Below are positions 12,064-25,458 of a stretch of DNA of 64,000 nucleotides, one piece after another. A model generated the notes under the pieces. The model was not told the DNA's origin. It was given only the letters and a program-made list of their open reading frames with translations, and ran no database searches. Positions within the stretch are counted from its first letter, which is position 1. Each line of letters begins with the position of its first letter. The DNA comes from Amoebophrya sp. A120. Lineage: Eukaryota; Protista; Dinoflagellata. The position numbers and the translations under genes were made by a program. The stretch spans positions 2,302,778 to 2,366,777 of the forward strand of contig CAJINV010000010.1 of NCBI GenBank assembly GCA_905178155.1. The letters are read 5' to 3'.

Positions 12064-13986
12064 GTTGGGCAATAAATATTACTTAAATAAGGAGCGGGAG
12101 GAAGAGTATAGAAATCATAAATTTGTTCACCGACGAGGAGACAAAATGACTTCGAATCCAATTCGATAAAGTCGATTTCGAGTTGTGTTGAGGGGGCGAA
12201 AGATAAAGCAGTCAAGTCGATTCTTAGAGGTTCCTCTTCATCGTTCAAGTTTCTCTTTCTTATTCAGACGAAAATTTTAGTAAGTGCATCGACTTCTAGG
12301 ACTTTGCTCTTCTACTTCTTACTACACTAGGTTTTATCATTTCACGCAACTATTAGCAGCTTTTGGGCACAACAACTCCTCTGCCTCTCGACCACCTGCT
12401 CCTCCTATAGTTTGTTTGTGAAATTTCTTGATTCGAAGATGTCTCTGAGTTGTTGTCTCAAAACGAAGTTCACTTCCTTTGTGCAAACTGATAAAACAAG
12501 TAGGGCCACCTTTCAATTTGTCGTACTGATTCTGATACATCGAAATGATATAATGTCTTATCCATTGACGTTCGGAACGTAAGCCTGCCAAAAAGAAAGC
12601 GTCCATCACCACAATGCGTTTTGAATCATTTTTCTCGTGTCTCTTTGACCGCCACCAACCTCGGCTTTGGAAAGCGGGATAGAACCACCACCACAGCCGA
12701 GAAAACTGCACATGCACTTCTTCGCTATCAGCGCATTGCTGCCCAAGAGCTGCAAGGAACCACAGTCGGCGCTCTCATCACGCGTGGCCGCCTGTTATAC
12801 CAGGCTCGCTGAAGCGCCTTCTGTGAACTTATTTTCTTTCGCAGCAATAAAGAAAAGCTCTCAAAAAATTTTGCAAATTCGATTTCGCCTTCGTGCTCAT
12901 TGTCTTCAATATCTTTTCACACATACTTCTTTCTCGCCAGACGCACAACTTAACGGTCCGAACCAAACCTGCGATAAAGTATTTGTTCGAACCTGAAGCC
13001 GTCCGAATCTAGAAAGATGAATTCTTCAGAAAAGAGCCGGAGTGCCAGCAGGTCGCGGTAGCAGTACCTAGCACGGGCGGTCGCGGGTTGTAGTGCCAGC
13101 CTTTCACTTTCTGCAAAAATAGTTCGCTCATAATGTAATGTACTGTATCGCAGGGAGAAGCGACGACTGTTGAATCGCTGCACCGGCACGGTTGAAAATT
13201 TAGTTCGCTTAAAATCTTTGCCGACTCTAACGTTGGTGCTCGACCTGACAGTAGCGGTACTAGAGTCGACGACATTTGTAGTAATAAACCAAAAGTATGA
13301 ATAGCTCGTGGCATGCGTTTGAAAAGCAAACCTGATAGTTCTGGTAGATAGTTTAATCAAGATATAAAATGTGTTGCGAAGGAGCAACGAAAATAGGTTG
13401 TGAAATTGGATAAATAAGTTCATCAACGAACGCGGCTTCAGCAAATCCTCCAAGCGGTTCATTCTTCACGATAATAAATTAGTTCCGTCAGTACTGCTAA
13501 ACGCTAAATTTGTCTCCACATAAACAGTTCTAGAAGAGATAATGTTGACAAAATCATAAATCAAAATTCTTCAAAAATCCACCATTATTGTTTATCTAGT
13601 CCGCAAGTACCGAACCTTTACGACACCCGAAACCGGTGCGTGTTCATCATACACAAAACATCATAAAGTAAAAACATATGTGCTGACATTGAGGTTTTTT
13701 TTCTGAGAGAGGTGCAAAACCACACATAGTACTTCCATCTGCGTAAAAATCATACATCAGTTCATTCTTTTCCAAACTCCAAAACAGCTCTCTGATAGGA
13801 TACTTCTCCTTTTTAAAGTGGTCATTATTTCAACACATCAAGATGACGAAAATTTCTCGAGAGAACGAGAAAGGAAAGTAATATGAAAATCTCTTTTAGC
13901 TCTATTCTGCCTTCTAATCAACAACCAATTATTTATTCTTTCCCTCTCCACCTTCTAAAAACGTCTAAACCCCGATAGATAAAATT

Positions 13987-16900
13987 CTACTGTTTCACAA
14001 TCTGAATTCCAATCACCCCGTAGGACTCCATCTGCGAGACGTTCACCTCCCCACAGCTCGCCAACTATGAGAGTGCACAACTTCCCCTCCCCTCATTTGT
14101 CATGCAAAATACCCGATCCACCCGTTGCCACCTCTTGGCACTGTTTGCATGACAAGCTCTGGCAGCCCAAATAGCACTACACTCCAGTGCCAATTCGTCA
14201 TGCAAAACCGGCACTCTTGCTCATGCTTGTCTTGCCGTTCATGCTCTACAAATAAGGGGGAGGGGAGTTGTGCACTGTCATACCAACGTCAACAGATCCA
14301 GAAACGCCAACGCCGCATCCGCCGCGGAATCGATCCCCGGCATCTGGTCAAACGTCGTGTACTCGAATTTCTTCTCCTGTTCTTCCCCATTTTTACTCTC
14401 CTCCTGCAGACCACTTCCACCGACCTCGGGGAACTCAAACTCGTTTTCAAAATCCACGAAATCCGAGTCGTTTTCGCTTTTCCTTTATCCAGTGCAAATA
14501 CCCTGGACGTCTGGAAGAGTTGTAAATTGTGATGCTGCTTTTGGATTCCAAAAAGCCCTGCATTGCCTGAGCAGCAAGAGGAGTCTACTTTTTGCCATGC
14601 GAAGAGAGCTGCATTTCTCATGCGATATAAGCAGCAGAAAGCTCTCGCAGAATCTGTGATGCTAGGGCACGCATCACAGACATTATGGGTGGTCATGGAA
14701 GATATGCATGACAAACTTGGCACTTCTCCAGACCCAGACACATTTGCAATGCATATCCTCCCCGTTTTCTTCGCCGATTTCTGGATGGTTTTCCAGGTGG
14801 ACACAATCCGCTTTTCTATCAAAAGGAAAAATCCCCCCCCCATATCGAAAAGGGAATTTCTTGTGATGCAGATTTGTGGTCACAACTCAGCTTTGTCATG
14901 CTACAAGGGAAAAGATGCGGACTGTAGTGCTGGGCGGCGTGGGAAAGCCTTGCATCTTCAACACGACAGGGGGCAGCTGGAAGCGGGAAACAGCATGACA
15001 AATTGCCTGCAAAGGAGGCCACAAATGCGGCTCTTGCCCATCTAGCAATACAAGTCGCTTTGTGTACTCAAATACAGCATCACAAATTTCGTTTTCGATA
15101 TGGGGAGGGGGGGTTTTTCCTTTTAATATTTTCCCAGGACAGCTTCGATCGCGAGTATGAACTGCAAAAGTATCGTACTCGTATAAAAATACATTACAAA
15201 CTCCCCCAGCATTATAAATCGAATTTGTAATGCTGATTTACCTTGAGAAGCAGGTTTGTAATGCATAAATGCAATTACTACGAGTACGATATTTTTGCAG
15301 TGCATAGCGAGTCGGAAAACGCGATGGAAAACTTCGATGACCTCTTTTTGTTCAATCTCGAGTCGTATGCATTGCAAATATGTCTGGGTCTGGAAACTTG
15401 TGATGCAAGAAAGGGAAGAGTGAACTCACTATAATGCGCGGTTGCCAAGCATGACAAGTTTTTTTCGTGGTTCTGAGTTGCTATTCCGCATGAGAAACTG
15501 CGCTTTTGCATGACAAGGAGGAGGGGCTCTTCGCGGCCGTGCAACACAGAGTTTAGAGTCATGCCCGACTAGCATGACAAACCTCGCAATCTCCCAGACC
15601 CAGACATTTTTGCATTTGATAAGTCGGAACTCTCCTGGCTGCTGGAGTTGTTATTTTGAAACACGGGGTCGTCAATGTTGCCAAAGTTCATCTCGATATC
15701 GTGCTCCTGCCCGCTGTTGTTCAGGTCCAGGTTTAGCGACTGATCGTTGTGGTCAAATAAATTTGTCCCGAGATTGGCGTCACTGAAATCAAAGTTCCCA
15801 ACCTCTCCTACATTCGGCTGTAAGAGATCCGAGTTGTTGGTTTTGTTCAGCATGATGTTGCTTCGGCTCAGATTTGGTATCGAATTGTTGTTCTTACTCG
15901 TCCCACCGCGCAGCTGCACATTACCTAGTAGACCCGACATATGCATTTGGTCCTCCCGCGAACCAGAATCGCCACCCCGGAGCATTTGCATGCGATCGGA
16001 GGAAGACGAGGAGGGATCCTCGGGATCGTGTCCGTTTCTGTTCTTTCCCCGACCGGTAGTGAGAAGCTTCCGGTCCTCGGGCGAAATCGCCAAGTGCAAA
16101 TTGCTGAGGGCGGAGCTATTGTTTCCGAACTTCATAGCGGCCTCGTTGTTCTTGTCACTGAGAGCGGAGGTGTCGTTTCTACTCAATTGCAGATTCGAGG
16201 ACTGGTTCAGACTGTGCATCGTGGAGTTGTTGTTACTTTTTCCTAAGATTCCGCTTTTGTCAACGCCAGTTGTGTTGTTAAGATCGCCACCGGTTTCAAG
16301 TTCTTCATCCACATTGGGATCCTCGTGGTAACCGAAGTCATTCTGGTCAAAGTCGAACTGATTTTTATCCCCGAAAATTTTGTCATGCTGATTCTCCATC
16401 CCACTCTGATTGTCCATCCCGTTCATTCCAAACAACTCAAGGCCGCTGTGATCGTTCATGATCCCGTTCATCTGCGACAGCTCTTCATCCCCCTCCGGCA
16501 AAATCGCAGACAAGTCCATATTGTCTTGAAACAAACCTCCACTCGTGTTGTTCGTACCATCTTGAAAGTGAAACGCCGAACTGTTAAACAACCCGGATGA
16601 ACTACCACTCGTGTTTCCATTGAGTAAGCCGGATCGAACCACACTCACGTTGTTGGAGGGAGCAATAAAGTTTTCTTGGTTAAAGAAACCGGAAGATGAG
16701 GCGCCGCTTTTATTGTTCAGGGAGCTGTTGTTCAGGAGTCTATTTGAAACCTCATTATCATTTTTCTTCACCGATGAATTCGCCAAATTTTTCTGCCGTT
16801 TCGCACTCGGAAAACCAGAAGCAACATCGGGGTCACCAAAGAGGTAGTTGCTGTCGTCCGCATTGCTCGTCGTGGCAGCCCGTTTGTTGTTCTTGTTTCG

Positions 16901-19900
16901 CTTCGCGCAGAGTTTGGACTGTTTATTTTTCAGTTTGAGTTCCACCTGCACGTCGTTTGTATCGAAAATGTCGACTAATGGGTTCATCGCAGGGAGGAGC
17001 AAATTCTTCGGAATCTTCAGATTGTTCCCTGCGGATAATTCTTTGCTGTTGTTGTTGTTTCCACGCTTCGTATTCTTCTTCCCTGCTGCTTTCGTGCTGT
17101 CCTTATTTTCCGCCCCGTAGTTCTTACTGCCACTGTCAATCCCGAGCAAGCCAGCTAGACTGAACTCGAACTTCGAGGCCAGGCCCTTGAAGTTGTTCTT
17201 CAGCATGTCGGAAACTTTCACGAATTTCGGTTTCAAATAGTTCGGTTTCTGTTTGGGTACTTTTTGCTTTCGTTGCTTTTTCTGCTTTCCGTGGACGAGG
17301 TCATTCTCCAAACCACCAAAGGTTAAAGACGAAGAGGAGGAGCTTTTGGACAAGTTCTTGTTCTTTTTCTCATTCGTGTCTTCGTTATCGATCCCCATCA
17401 AGTCATCCGTTTCGTGGAGCTGTAAGTTGCTCTTCATCGCTGTTGATATGTTGTTTTTATCCACTACACCAGAAAGAGCTCCTGCCGAAGCAGACACATT
17501 TGTACCATTCAGCATCATGCCACTGGCACTGCTGTTCACCAGTCCACTGCTTCCAAAATTGTTCATGCCGTTGTAGGCCTCATCATCAATCGGGTCGATA
17601 AAATTGGCGTCGTCGTGCAACAGCATGGAGAATTCCAGATCATCTTGCATGGACAAATCCGTGTCTTTTCCCATGAGGCTCCGGTTCAAATTGTTGCCTT
17701 CAACTCCCAAATGATCTTGCTGGTCGCCTGCTGCCCCCGTGTTGAAATTGTTGTTCCCGCTCATGTTGTTCATCAGACCGCTTTGATGGTGCAGCACCTT
17801 ATGGTCGTGCAACAGTAGACTGCTGTTCGACAAATGGCCTGGCGGTAGGATCGATGACTGATTGTTGTTCAACACAGACGAATTATTCATATTACCGGAT
17901 TTATTGTTGTTTAGCTGCAAATGGGAAGACCGATCATTCGCATTGGATATCCAGGAAAAAAACACCATCACGGTCACACTTAGGAGGTTTTGCATCAGAA
18001 ATTTGTCTCGCATGACAAATTTTTCTTGTATTGCAAAAACACAACAAAGGGAAATTGCCTATAACTCTTCCTCTTGGCTGTGATGCATTTTTGCGCATGA
18101 CAAAAATTTTTGTATTGCAAAAATGTGCAAAAGTGATTGGGATGGTGTTTTTTTCTTGAATATTGGAACTGGAGCTGTTATTCAGTGTCGTGTTGTCAAA
18201 CAGCCCAGAAGTCGTATTCAGGTCCCGCCCGGTCGTCGGGGCCAAGTCCGTCGCGTTTAGTAATCCCGATTTGGAGTTGAGCTTTACCTGCTGCGGATCG
18301 ACGTTTATTCCGAAAAAATTATTGTCCTGCGCGTCAATATATCAACTGCAAATGTGTCTGGGTCTGGAAGAGTGTATGTTTGTCATGCTTGTCTGGCATG
18401 GCTCTTAAATCTGTCATGCACGTTACCCAAGAGCCCCGTTTTGCTGTCTTGCAGAAACGCAGTTTGTCATGCAGAATAATATTAGGCAACACCTAGAAGC
18501 TCAGAAGCTTGTCATGCTGAGCCAGCACTTGTGGCCTCTTCCTGATACGCCACCCAGCATCAGAAGTTTCCAGACCCAGGCATTTTTACAATTCATACAA
18601 TATTACCGATGTCGTCATCCGGGATTAGGTCTAAGGAGACGTCTAAATTACTATCCTCTTTGTTTTTCTTCTTCTTCTTCTTTTCCGTCCACTTGTTCCC
18701 GCCGATTGGATTTCCCTCACCGTCCAATTCCGGGGATTCGAAATCCGCACCGCCAGAGGAAGGGTCGTCAATATCCTTCTCGCCGGGACCTCGTCTCGAG
18801 AGTAATCCCAGGTGGCTGTTGTTCATTCTCTTGTTCCCGGTAGAAGTCGGTGGGAAAAGATGCGGGCTGAAATGCAGCATGTTGTCCAGGTTCTGACTGA
18901 TGTTGCCGTCTTGAAGACCAGAGTGCTGCTCGACTAAGTCACCATTGTGCGAAATAAATCCACTTTGGTCGTTGTTGTTCTGCAGCAGCAGCCCGCTCTG
19001 ATTGATCCCGGAACTAATACCTGCGCCGCTCGTGTTCTTCTTGTTCGGCACCGAAGCTCCTGCACCGGACCGGACCAAATCTTCCAGGACCGGCGAGTCG
19101 TACATCATCTTGTTCTATCCTGTGCAAAAGTATCGTGCTCGTAGTAATTGCAGTAATGCATTACAAATTTTTTCCCTAACCTAAATCCGCATGACAAATT
19201 TTATTTCTCATGCTGAGGAAATTTGTCATGCATTTATACGAGTACGATGCTTTTGCATTGCATATGCTCCCGTTCGTCAGCCCGAGCTTGTCGGTTTTCT
19301 TCCCGGTTCTGACAGTCTTCAGCAGGTGCGAGATCTGGTCGTATCCTGTGTAAAAACGTCCCCAACCCAGAGTTGTCATGCAGCTTTGCGACTACAGGAA
19401 CATTTGTAGTGCGCATCTCTATGAGAGGCATTTCCAGTCGAATTTTGGCATTTGTCATGCTGTAAACAGGATGAGAAAGTGGCTTTCTGATGCCGCTGCC
19501 CTTCCTAGCCAGCACTACGCTGCAGATGAAAACTTGTCATGCACAACTCCCAAACCTTGGAAATTTGTGTTGCAGATTTCCCATCTTGACTATGGGGTGG
19601 GGACATTTTTGCTCAGGATAGGTCGTCCGTCTTGTTCAGCTTGTGGAGACCCACGTCAGAAACCAGTTGGCTGTCACCGTACTCGGAGAGCCGCATAGAC
19701 TGGGACCGAAAGAACAGCTCCTGCTCGAAAAACTCCAGGTTGTCGTATGGATTTTTGCAAAAGTTGTACGCCCTAGCTCTAGCATTGAGGACTGAGTTAC
19801 AAATTTCAATTTTCTCAGCATGAAAAACACAAATTTCTCATGCTGACACGCGCATCAACAGGACAGATCTGTCACTCATGGTCATGCTATGATAGACTGG

Positions 19901-21423
19901 TGCATCTAGGAATCATACCAAACTTTTGCACTCACAGGATATGTCGCCGGGAGACACGAGCTGCTGGTCGGGAATGTCGAGTTGGATATCTGTGCGGAAC
20001 GAAGGAATCACGATTTATTTCTCATTGTCTTTGTCATGCAGAAACGATATTAACGAATAGGATTAGGAAAAGGAATGCGCTCCCTCTTGTGCATGAGAAA
20101 GTTTGACATGATGCGCCGCGACATGTGCAAGTCAAACTACTACATCTACCTAGTACAAAAACAATACCAGCATCCAAAATCGGGCTTCCGGCGTCCCACG
20201 CGGCGATGCTATTGTCCAGCACCACCGCCTGCTTCTTCTTCCTTTTCTGCACGGTGATGCCCCTTTTCATGAATTTCTGCACCGCTTTTTCCGCCGCGGT
20301 GATCGCCTTTTGCAGCTTCAGATTCAGCATCTTCGCCAGCCCGTGGAACAAAATTCCGTACGTCTGGAGCGCATTCGCGGACAGTTGCACGTGCAAGGGG
20401 CGGTTTTGGAAGTTTTTTTTCGATCCTGTTCTGTTCGACCTAGAAGAGGACTTCGAGCGGTAGGACATGGACTGTTTTAACACCCGTTCCAGGAATGAAT
20501 CGCGCCGATTGTTTTTTGTCGTGAGGTCGTATCAAATGTAAAAAGGTCTGGGTCTGGAAGAATGCAACTTGTGATGCTGCATTTGGATTCTAAAGAACTC
20601 TGTATTGCATGAGTACCAAAGGGAATGCAATTTTTGCTACGCTGAGAAGGCACTTGTCATGCGGAATACGCATCAAGAAGCCCTCAAAAAATCTGTATTG
20701 CTAGGGTATGCATCACAGACATCATGGCTCATGCAAAACGTGCATGACAAGTGTCAGAATCTTCCAGACCCAGACATTTTTACAGTTGATAGGTCGTCGA
20801 CGTTTTTTTTGCTCGTCGTCCCGTGGTTGGCGGTATCTTTATCTTGCTGTTCCTGTTTCTTGCTCGCGGAAAGGAGCTTGTTATTCTCCAAAGAACCATC
20901 TGCTTTCGAGGACTTGGACTTACTGTCCACCTTCCGTCTTTTCGCATCGCTCTTCTCCACATAATTCTCGTCATTTCCATTTTCTTCCGGAGAAGTCTGC
21001 TCCTCATTCACCCCGCCCGCAACCGTCGTCTCCTCCACAAGCTCGGAGAGCTGGGATCGCAGGTCTTTTTCCAAGGTCTTCTTTCGCGTCGGGTTGGTAT
21101 CAAATGTAAAAATGTCTGGGAGGTCTGGAAACTTGTGATGCTGCGTTGGGAATAGTGAATGCTCTGTAATGCACAGGCAAGCATGAGAAATATCTGCGCT
21201 TCTTTGTGTTGCGCTTTTCGCATGACAAACTGCGTTTTTGCACGACAGGCAAAAGGGTCTCTTCTTGGACACGCAACAAAAACTTCTTGGTCATGCCAGA
21301 CACGCATGACAAATCTCGCGATCTTCCAGACTGACCCGGACATTTTTACACTTGATAGTTGGTAGCGGCATGCCAAAGCTCCCGAAAACTCGGGAACTGC
21401 TGGAGAAAGTGGTGATAGAGCAT
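13987..21423 (-). CDS. RAD21: Cohesin alpha-kleisin, Rad21/Rec8 family; 12 introners
   Basis: N-terminus MLYHHFLQQFPSFRELWHAAT...ALQTYGILFHGLAKMLNLKLQK fits Rad21_Rec8_N. C-terminus TFDQMPGIDSAADAALAFLDLLTLASCGEVNVSQMESYGVIGI* fits the winged helix. Rad21 versus Rec8 cannot be resolved by eye. Confidence 0.85.
14066..14282. mobile_element. Introner family F
   Basis: TIRs; TSD ccaac; splits the kleisin winged-helix motif. Confidence 0.95.
14486..14755. mobile_element. Introner family A
   Basis: TIRs; TSD tcctt/tcctc. Confidence 0.9.
14817..15128. mobile_element. Introner family E
   Basis: TIRs; TSD ttttc. Confidence 0.9.
15156..15306. mobile_element. Introner family B
   Basis: TIRs; TSD gcgag. 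Confidence 0.95.
15366..15621. mobile_element. Introner family A
   Basis: TIRs; TSD agtcg. Confidence 0.95.
17948..18162. mobile_element. Introner family H (TIR TATYCARGAAAAAAACACCATC), single copy here
   Basis: TIRs; TSD ttgga. Confidence 0.9.
18340..18597. mobile_element. Introner family A
   Basis: TIRs; TSD caata. Confidence 0.95.
19116..19264. mobile_element. Introner family B
   Basis: TIRs; TSD tgttc/tgctc. Confidence 0.9.
19342..19620. mobile_element. Introner family D
   Basis: TIRs; TSD ggtcg. Confidence 0.95.
19746..19941. mobile_element. Degenerate B-like introner
   Basis: tatgg..tgcaaaagtt/aacttttgca..ggata; TSD tgtcg. Confidence 0.8.
20530..20791. mobile_element. Introner family A, inverted close copy of 9450-9711
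   Basis: TIRs; TSD ggtcg. Confidence 0.95.
21098..21357. mobile_element. Introner family A
   Basis: TIRs; TSD gttgg. Confidence 0.95.
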
Positions 21424-22643
21424 TTTTACTTTCACTTTGGTTTTTCTGTTATGTTTTCTGCATGTGAAATGGAAATTGAACGATACAGAGATCGGTAGCT
21501 TCAGTTGTACTTACAACTAGCTGCCTGAGGAAGTTCTTTCTAACGAGAGGAAATTCATCTCGAGTTAGAGTTTGTTTGGTTGGTAGACCACAAGAGAGTA
21601 AATTTATTTCTCCGCGCGTTGCTGCAAGATGTTCCTGTCGTAGAGCTTTGTTGTTTTGTTGCCAAGTGCCGCAGTGGAAAACTACATCCTTAACAAGCTA
21701 CTTACTTAAATTCATTTTGCCGTTTGAAAGTACTCTCGACGCTCATTTGCCAAACGCTCTCAGTACTTGGTTGATGAAACAGCCCCTGTGTCTATTTTGT
21801 AAGGCACCACATCTATAATTTTGCTCGTCCCTCGTCGGCCTTTTTGAAAATCCACTTCACTCAGGCTACACGACAACTCGGACGAAAAAACAAAAAGCCT
21901 CGACGAGTTCGAAAGCGAGGAAGGAAACAAAAACGACATAAAAGAAAATGGAACAGATCCACCGAGCTACGATCGGAAAAAAAAAACAGAGCGGCAGGAG
22001 CAGCACGACCTGCATCTTCTTAAGTGCTCCTTCAAAAATGAAGGCACTTATTAGTTTTCCTTCTTGCAAGAATATACTTATATCTTTTTCAACTCAACAC
22101 AAAGACACAAATTTTCTTTTCGTTCTGCGTAGAAGATCAAAGTTCTGCATCTGACTGCGCGTCGTGGCCGAGGGTTCTTGCGACAAGTCCACCTCCCGCG
22201 GCTAATGACATGGAAGTGCAAAAATGCAAATCAAGAGGAATCTTCGAAAAAATTCTTGTTTAAGAATCTCAAAGTGTACAACTTCTACCTCCTTGATGTC
22301 GGGAAAAGCACGACAAATTGCAGATGGCGAAGCAGTAACTACACAATTATGCAATAAATATTTACTTCATCCTCCGAATGTCAAGTCAGAAGTAGTGACA
22401 AACAGTTTCAAAGCCGTAATATTTGCAAAAAACCACATCGAATCTGCGTCGCCGCTGAGTGGCTGCAAAAGGGAGCATAGTTCTTGTCGGAGATGCTGAT
22501 CGCGGTGTAGTTATTCTTATTTTGCGCAACACAAAGACAAATAAAGAGTCAAACAACTATCACTGCAAGTTCTTTTACCCCAATGTGCAAGGAGGTCGAA
22601 CATAGCAGGACAGCGACAGCGTTTATTTACTTGAAAAATTATC

Positions 22644-24553
22644 CTATCCAAAAAACCCTGACTCATCAAACATCGGCCCCATGACGCTTCGTGCCCACTC
22701 CTTTCGTGCTTTTACCGACTGCTATCAACTGCAAAAATCATGTCTGGGGCTGGATAGTATTGAAAGCACACGACATGCTGAGGAGCGTTACATCATGCTA
22801 TGCATTACAAATCTTATTGCTCTTCTATTCTTGCATGGCAAATCCAAATCCAGACCTGGACAACATATTTTCAATGCATAACTGCATGTGCCGGACGAAT
22901 TTTATGTAGTCCTCGCTGCCCGTCAAAGCGTCTTATCACAGGAAAATAAACCTGTGTTACTGGAAGCTTCTTGGACTCGCAGCATGACAAAGTTGCTCTC
23001 GTCCGTGACAGACAAAGACAAAGGCTATAATACACGGCTGGTACGCCGGGACAGTGTCGAAAGACCAGCATTTTGTTGCATGCTTCGCAAAAAATTGTCC
23101 TTGTGTCGCATGCTTCGCATTACAGACTTGCTGTAAACACAGTTCTTTTCTTGCGATACGTCTAAAACGCCGTGTATTGTGTCGTCTGCCTCCAGCTGGA
23201 ACCCCTTCGGGTCTGCGTTGTAGAGTTGTACAATGTATGTAGATTCAAAAAAATCAAATTGAAACTCACATCGAAAGTGAAGACCCTGCATGAAAACCAA
23301 AAACACACATGCCTTCTATGAGTTGGCTTTAAGTTTAATGCGTGAGAAAAATTACGAAAAATGAGTACTTTTGACAAACTTCGTCAGCTCCATAATGACG
23401 TGGTCCACATCGTACCCTGCGTCGGACAAAACCTGATTTGCTCGGTCCTCAAATTTCTTCCTGTACTGCAGACTATGCAAGAAAAAAAGTGTGTTGTGAT
23501 GCGCAACGTTGTAGTGCGAGATGGCTGCGCTTGCCAGGCTGGTCAGGCAGATATCAGGTGCGTTTTAGTTTTTACGCATTACCTCTGCCGCACAACAGGT
23601 TTTTCTTTTTGCTGTTCTTACCATGCCAGACAACTTCATTACAGTACAATGCTCTTTCTCCAAGAGGAAACCGGAATCACTATACACACACTTTTCTTCT
23701 TGGATACAGATGCAGATCCGTCCACTCCAGTTTCTGCTCGACGTCCACAGGATCTGTTTTTTGTTTGAACTAGGATTAGATTTGTCATGCAGGACCGAGA
23801 AAAGAGTCCCTACCTGTCATGCAGTAATCAACATATGAAAACAAACCACACCTATTGTCTTCTAAGTACTAATACCGTCGTCCGGAAACTCGTCGCAATG
23901 CTTGAAGCTCCATCGCATCAGATCCATGCAAAACTCGTCGTCCTGGAAGGCTTCCAAAATTTCCCGAAACATGTACGCCGGTACCCCATTTTGTCGGAAA
24001 TCGTCCATGGTGTCAATCGCCAGATTTGTTGGGTTATGGATTGTAAAAGTGTCTGGATCTGGAAGGATGTGAACTTGTGATGCGCATTTCACAACACAGA
24101 CAAATCTCCAATGCATAGGCAGCAAAAGATGTCCATTCCCTGTCACCAAAGTGTGGGATTTGTCATGCGGATTAAGCAATGCGGAAGCTTCTCGAAATCT
24201 GTGATGCTAGGGCTTCCAGGACAGACATCCTGTGTCAAGCAAAAACAGCATGACTCTTCCAGACCCAGACATTTTTGCATTTGATATGGCTTCTTGGCGG
24301 AGCTCGGCGGACTAGCTTTGGAACTGGCTGCATCCGTCGACGCGGCGGAGGTGCTGGACGAGGAAAGAACGCCATCCACCCGTGCGGAGTTCATCGGATC
24401 GTAGTCGGAGGCGGTGTCCAGGTGCTTTGCCGATACGACGGTACTTTTCCCGGCAGTAGACGGCGAGGAGAGACTGGTTGGCTTTGTAGTTACCTGATGT
24501 TCTGGGAGGTGCTGATCGTGGTAAAGATGTTGAGCCGCTGTCGTCGAGGTCAT
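22644..24553 (-). CDS. ARL2-binding BART-domain protein (ARL2BP/CFAP36-like)
   Basis: Spliced reading FKHCDEFPDD..EQKLEWTDLHLQYRKKFEDRANQVLSDAG...ALTGSEDYIKFVRHM; 4 introners. Confidence 0.65.
22723..22880. mobile_element. Short degenerate A-like introner
   Basis: Eroded TIRs; TSD actgc. Confidence 0.8.
22934..23158. mobile_element. Degenerate C-like introner
   Basis: tatcacaggaaaa../..ttttcttgcgata; TSD cgtct. Confidence 0.8.
23474..23706. mobile_element. Degenerate C-like introner
   Basis: tatgcaagaaaaaaagtgtg../..cacacttttcttcttggata; TSD cagac/cagat. Confidence 0.8.
24035..24286. mobile_element. Introner family A
   Basis: TIRs; TSD tgggt/tggct. Confidence 0.9.
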
Positions 24554-25458
24554 CGTTGAGGACTATTCACTGATTATTCTTCTTGCAAGTCGCAGCTCGT
24601 AGTTGCAAAATCGCATGAAGAGGAAACGATCCACACGCAAATGCAAAGAACTTTTTTTGCTATAGCTTTTCACGTAACAGAATGTTCTGAGCTATGTGTC
24701 GCGCTTGTAATCTTTCACTCCAAAGGTAGAAATGGGTCGTAAATGCTCGACCTTCTACTAGTATCGAAGCTTCTAGAGCCGGTAAGATCGGATCCATAAC
24801 TTCGAAAAGATTGACACGAAATCAAAGGCGGAGCCAGTTGTGAAACCACAATCATAATGTGCATGTAAAAAATATGCTTATGTATGATGTGCTTCGTACC
24901 ATTTTAACTGAATGAATGAATGACTGAGTCTTCGACACAAACACAACAACAATTTGACGCAAACCTCGAGCTCTGTAATTCGTCCTCACTACTTTTTACG
25001 TGTGGAGATTCAATTTTTTAGCAATTTTCCCCTCTCCTCTCAAAAAATTTGGTTAGATTTCCTCGTTTAGTTCGATGAGAGACCGCACACCACCTCGTCA
25101 CAACGACATATGAATAGCGATAGAGATGAATGATCGGAACACAAAGCTGCATATGAGCCGAAAATAGCAAATTAAATCAGATGTCACTGCAACCAAGGGA
25201 CCTCGCTAAACAAGCCGATTTTTGATCTGCGCCTGCTATCCGTTTTGCGTTTTTTTGTCGCGTGAATGTGAAAGCCAGCAGTAGTCGTAAAAGAAGTTCT
25301 TGTACCTCTTTAAAAGAACTAGCTGCCACTACTTCTACCAAGAAGTACTCGCTTGTTCTGTGTGTGTCGCTTTTTCTCTTTGTTCATTTTGGATTATAGA
25401 AGTAGATGCGCATGGCATTATCTGCGTTCATCTCCACCAAAACGACACCATCACCTCC

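Noticed and set aside
9895-18896. Plus-strand ORFs such as 9895-10659, 11510-12037 and 15747-16331
   Set aside because: They are antisense shadows of real minus-strand exons.
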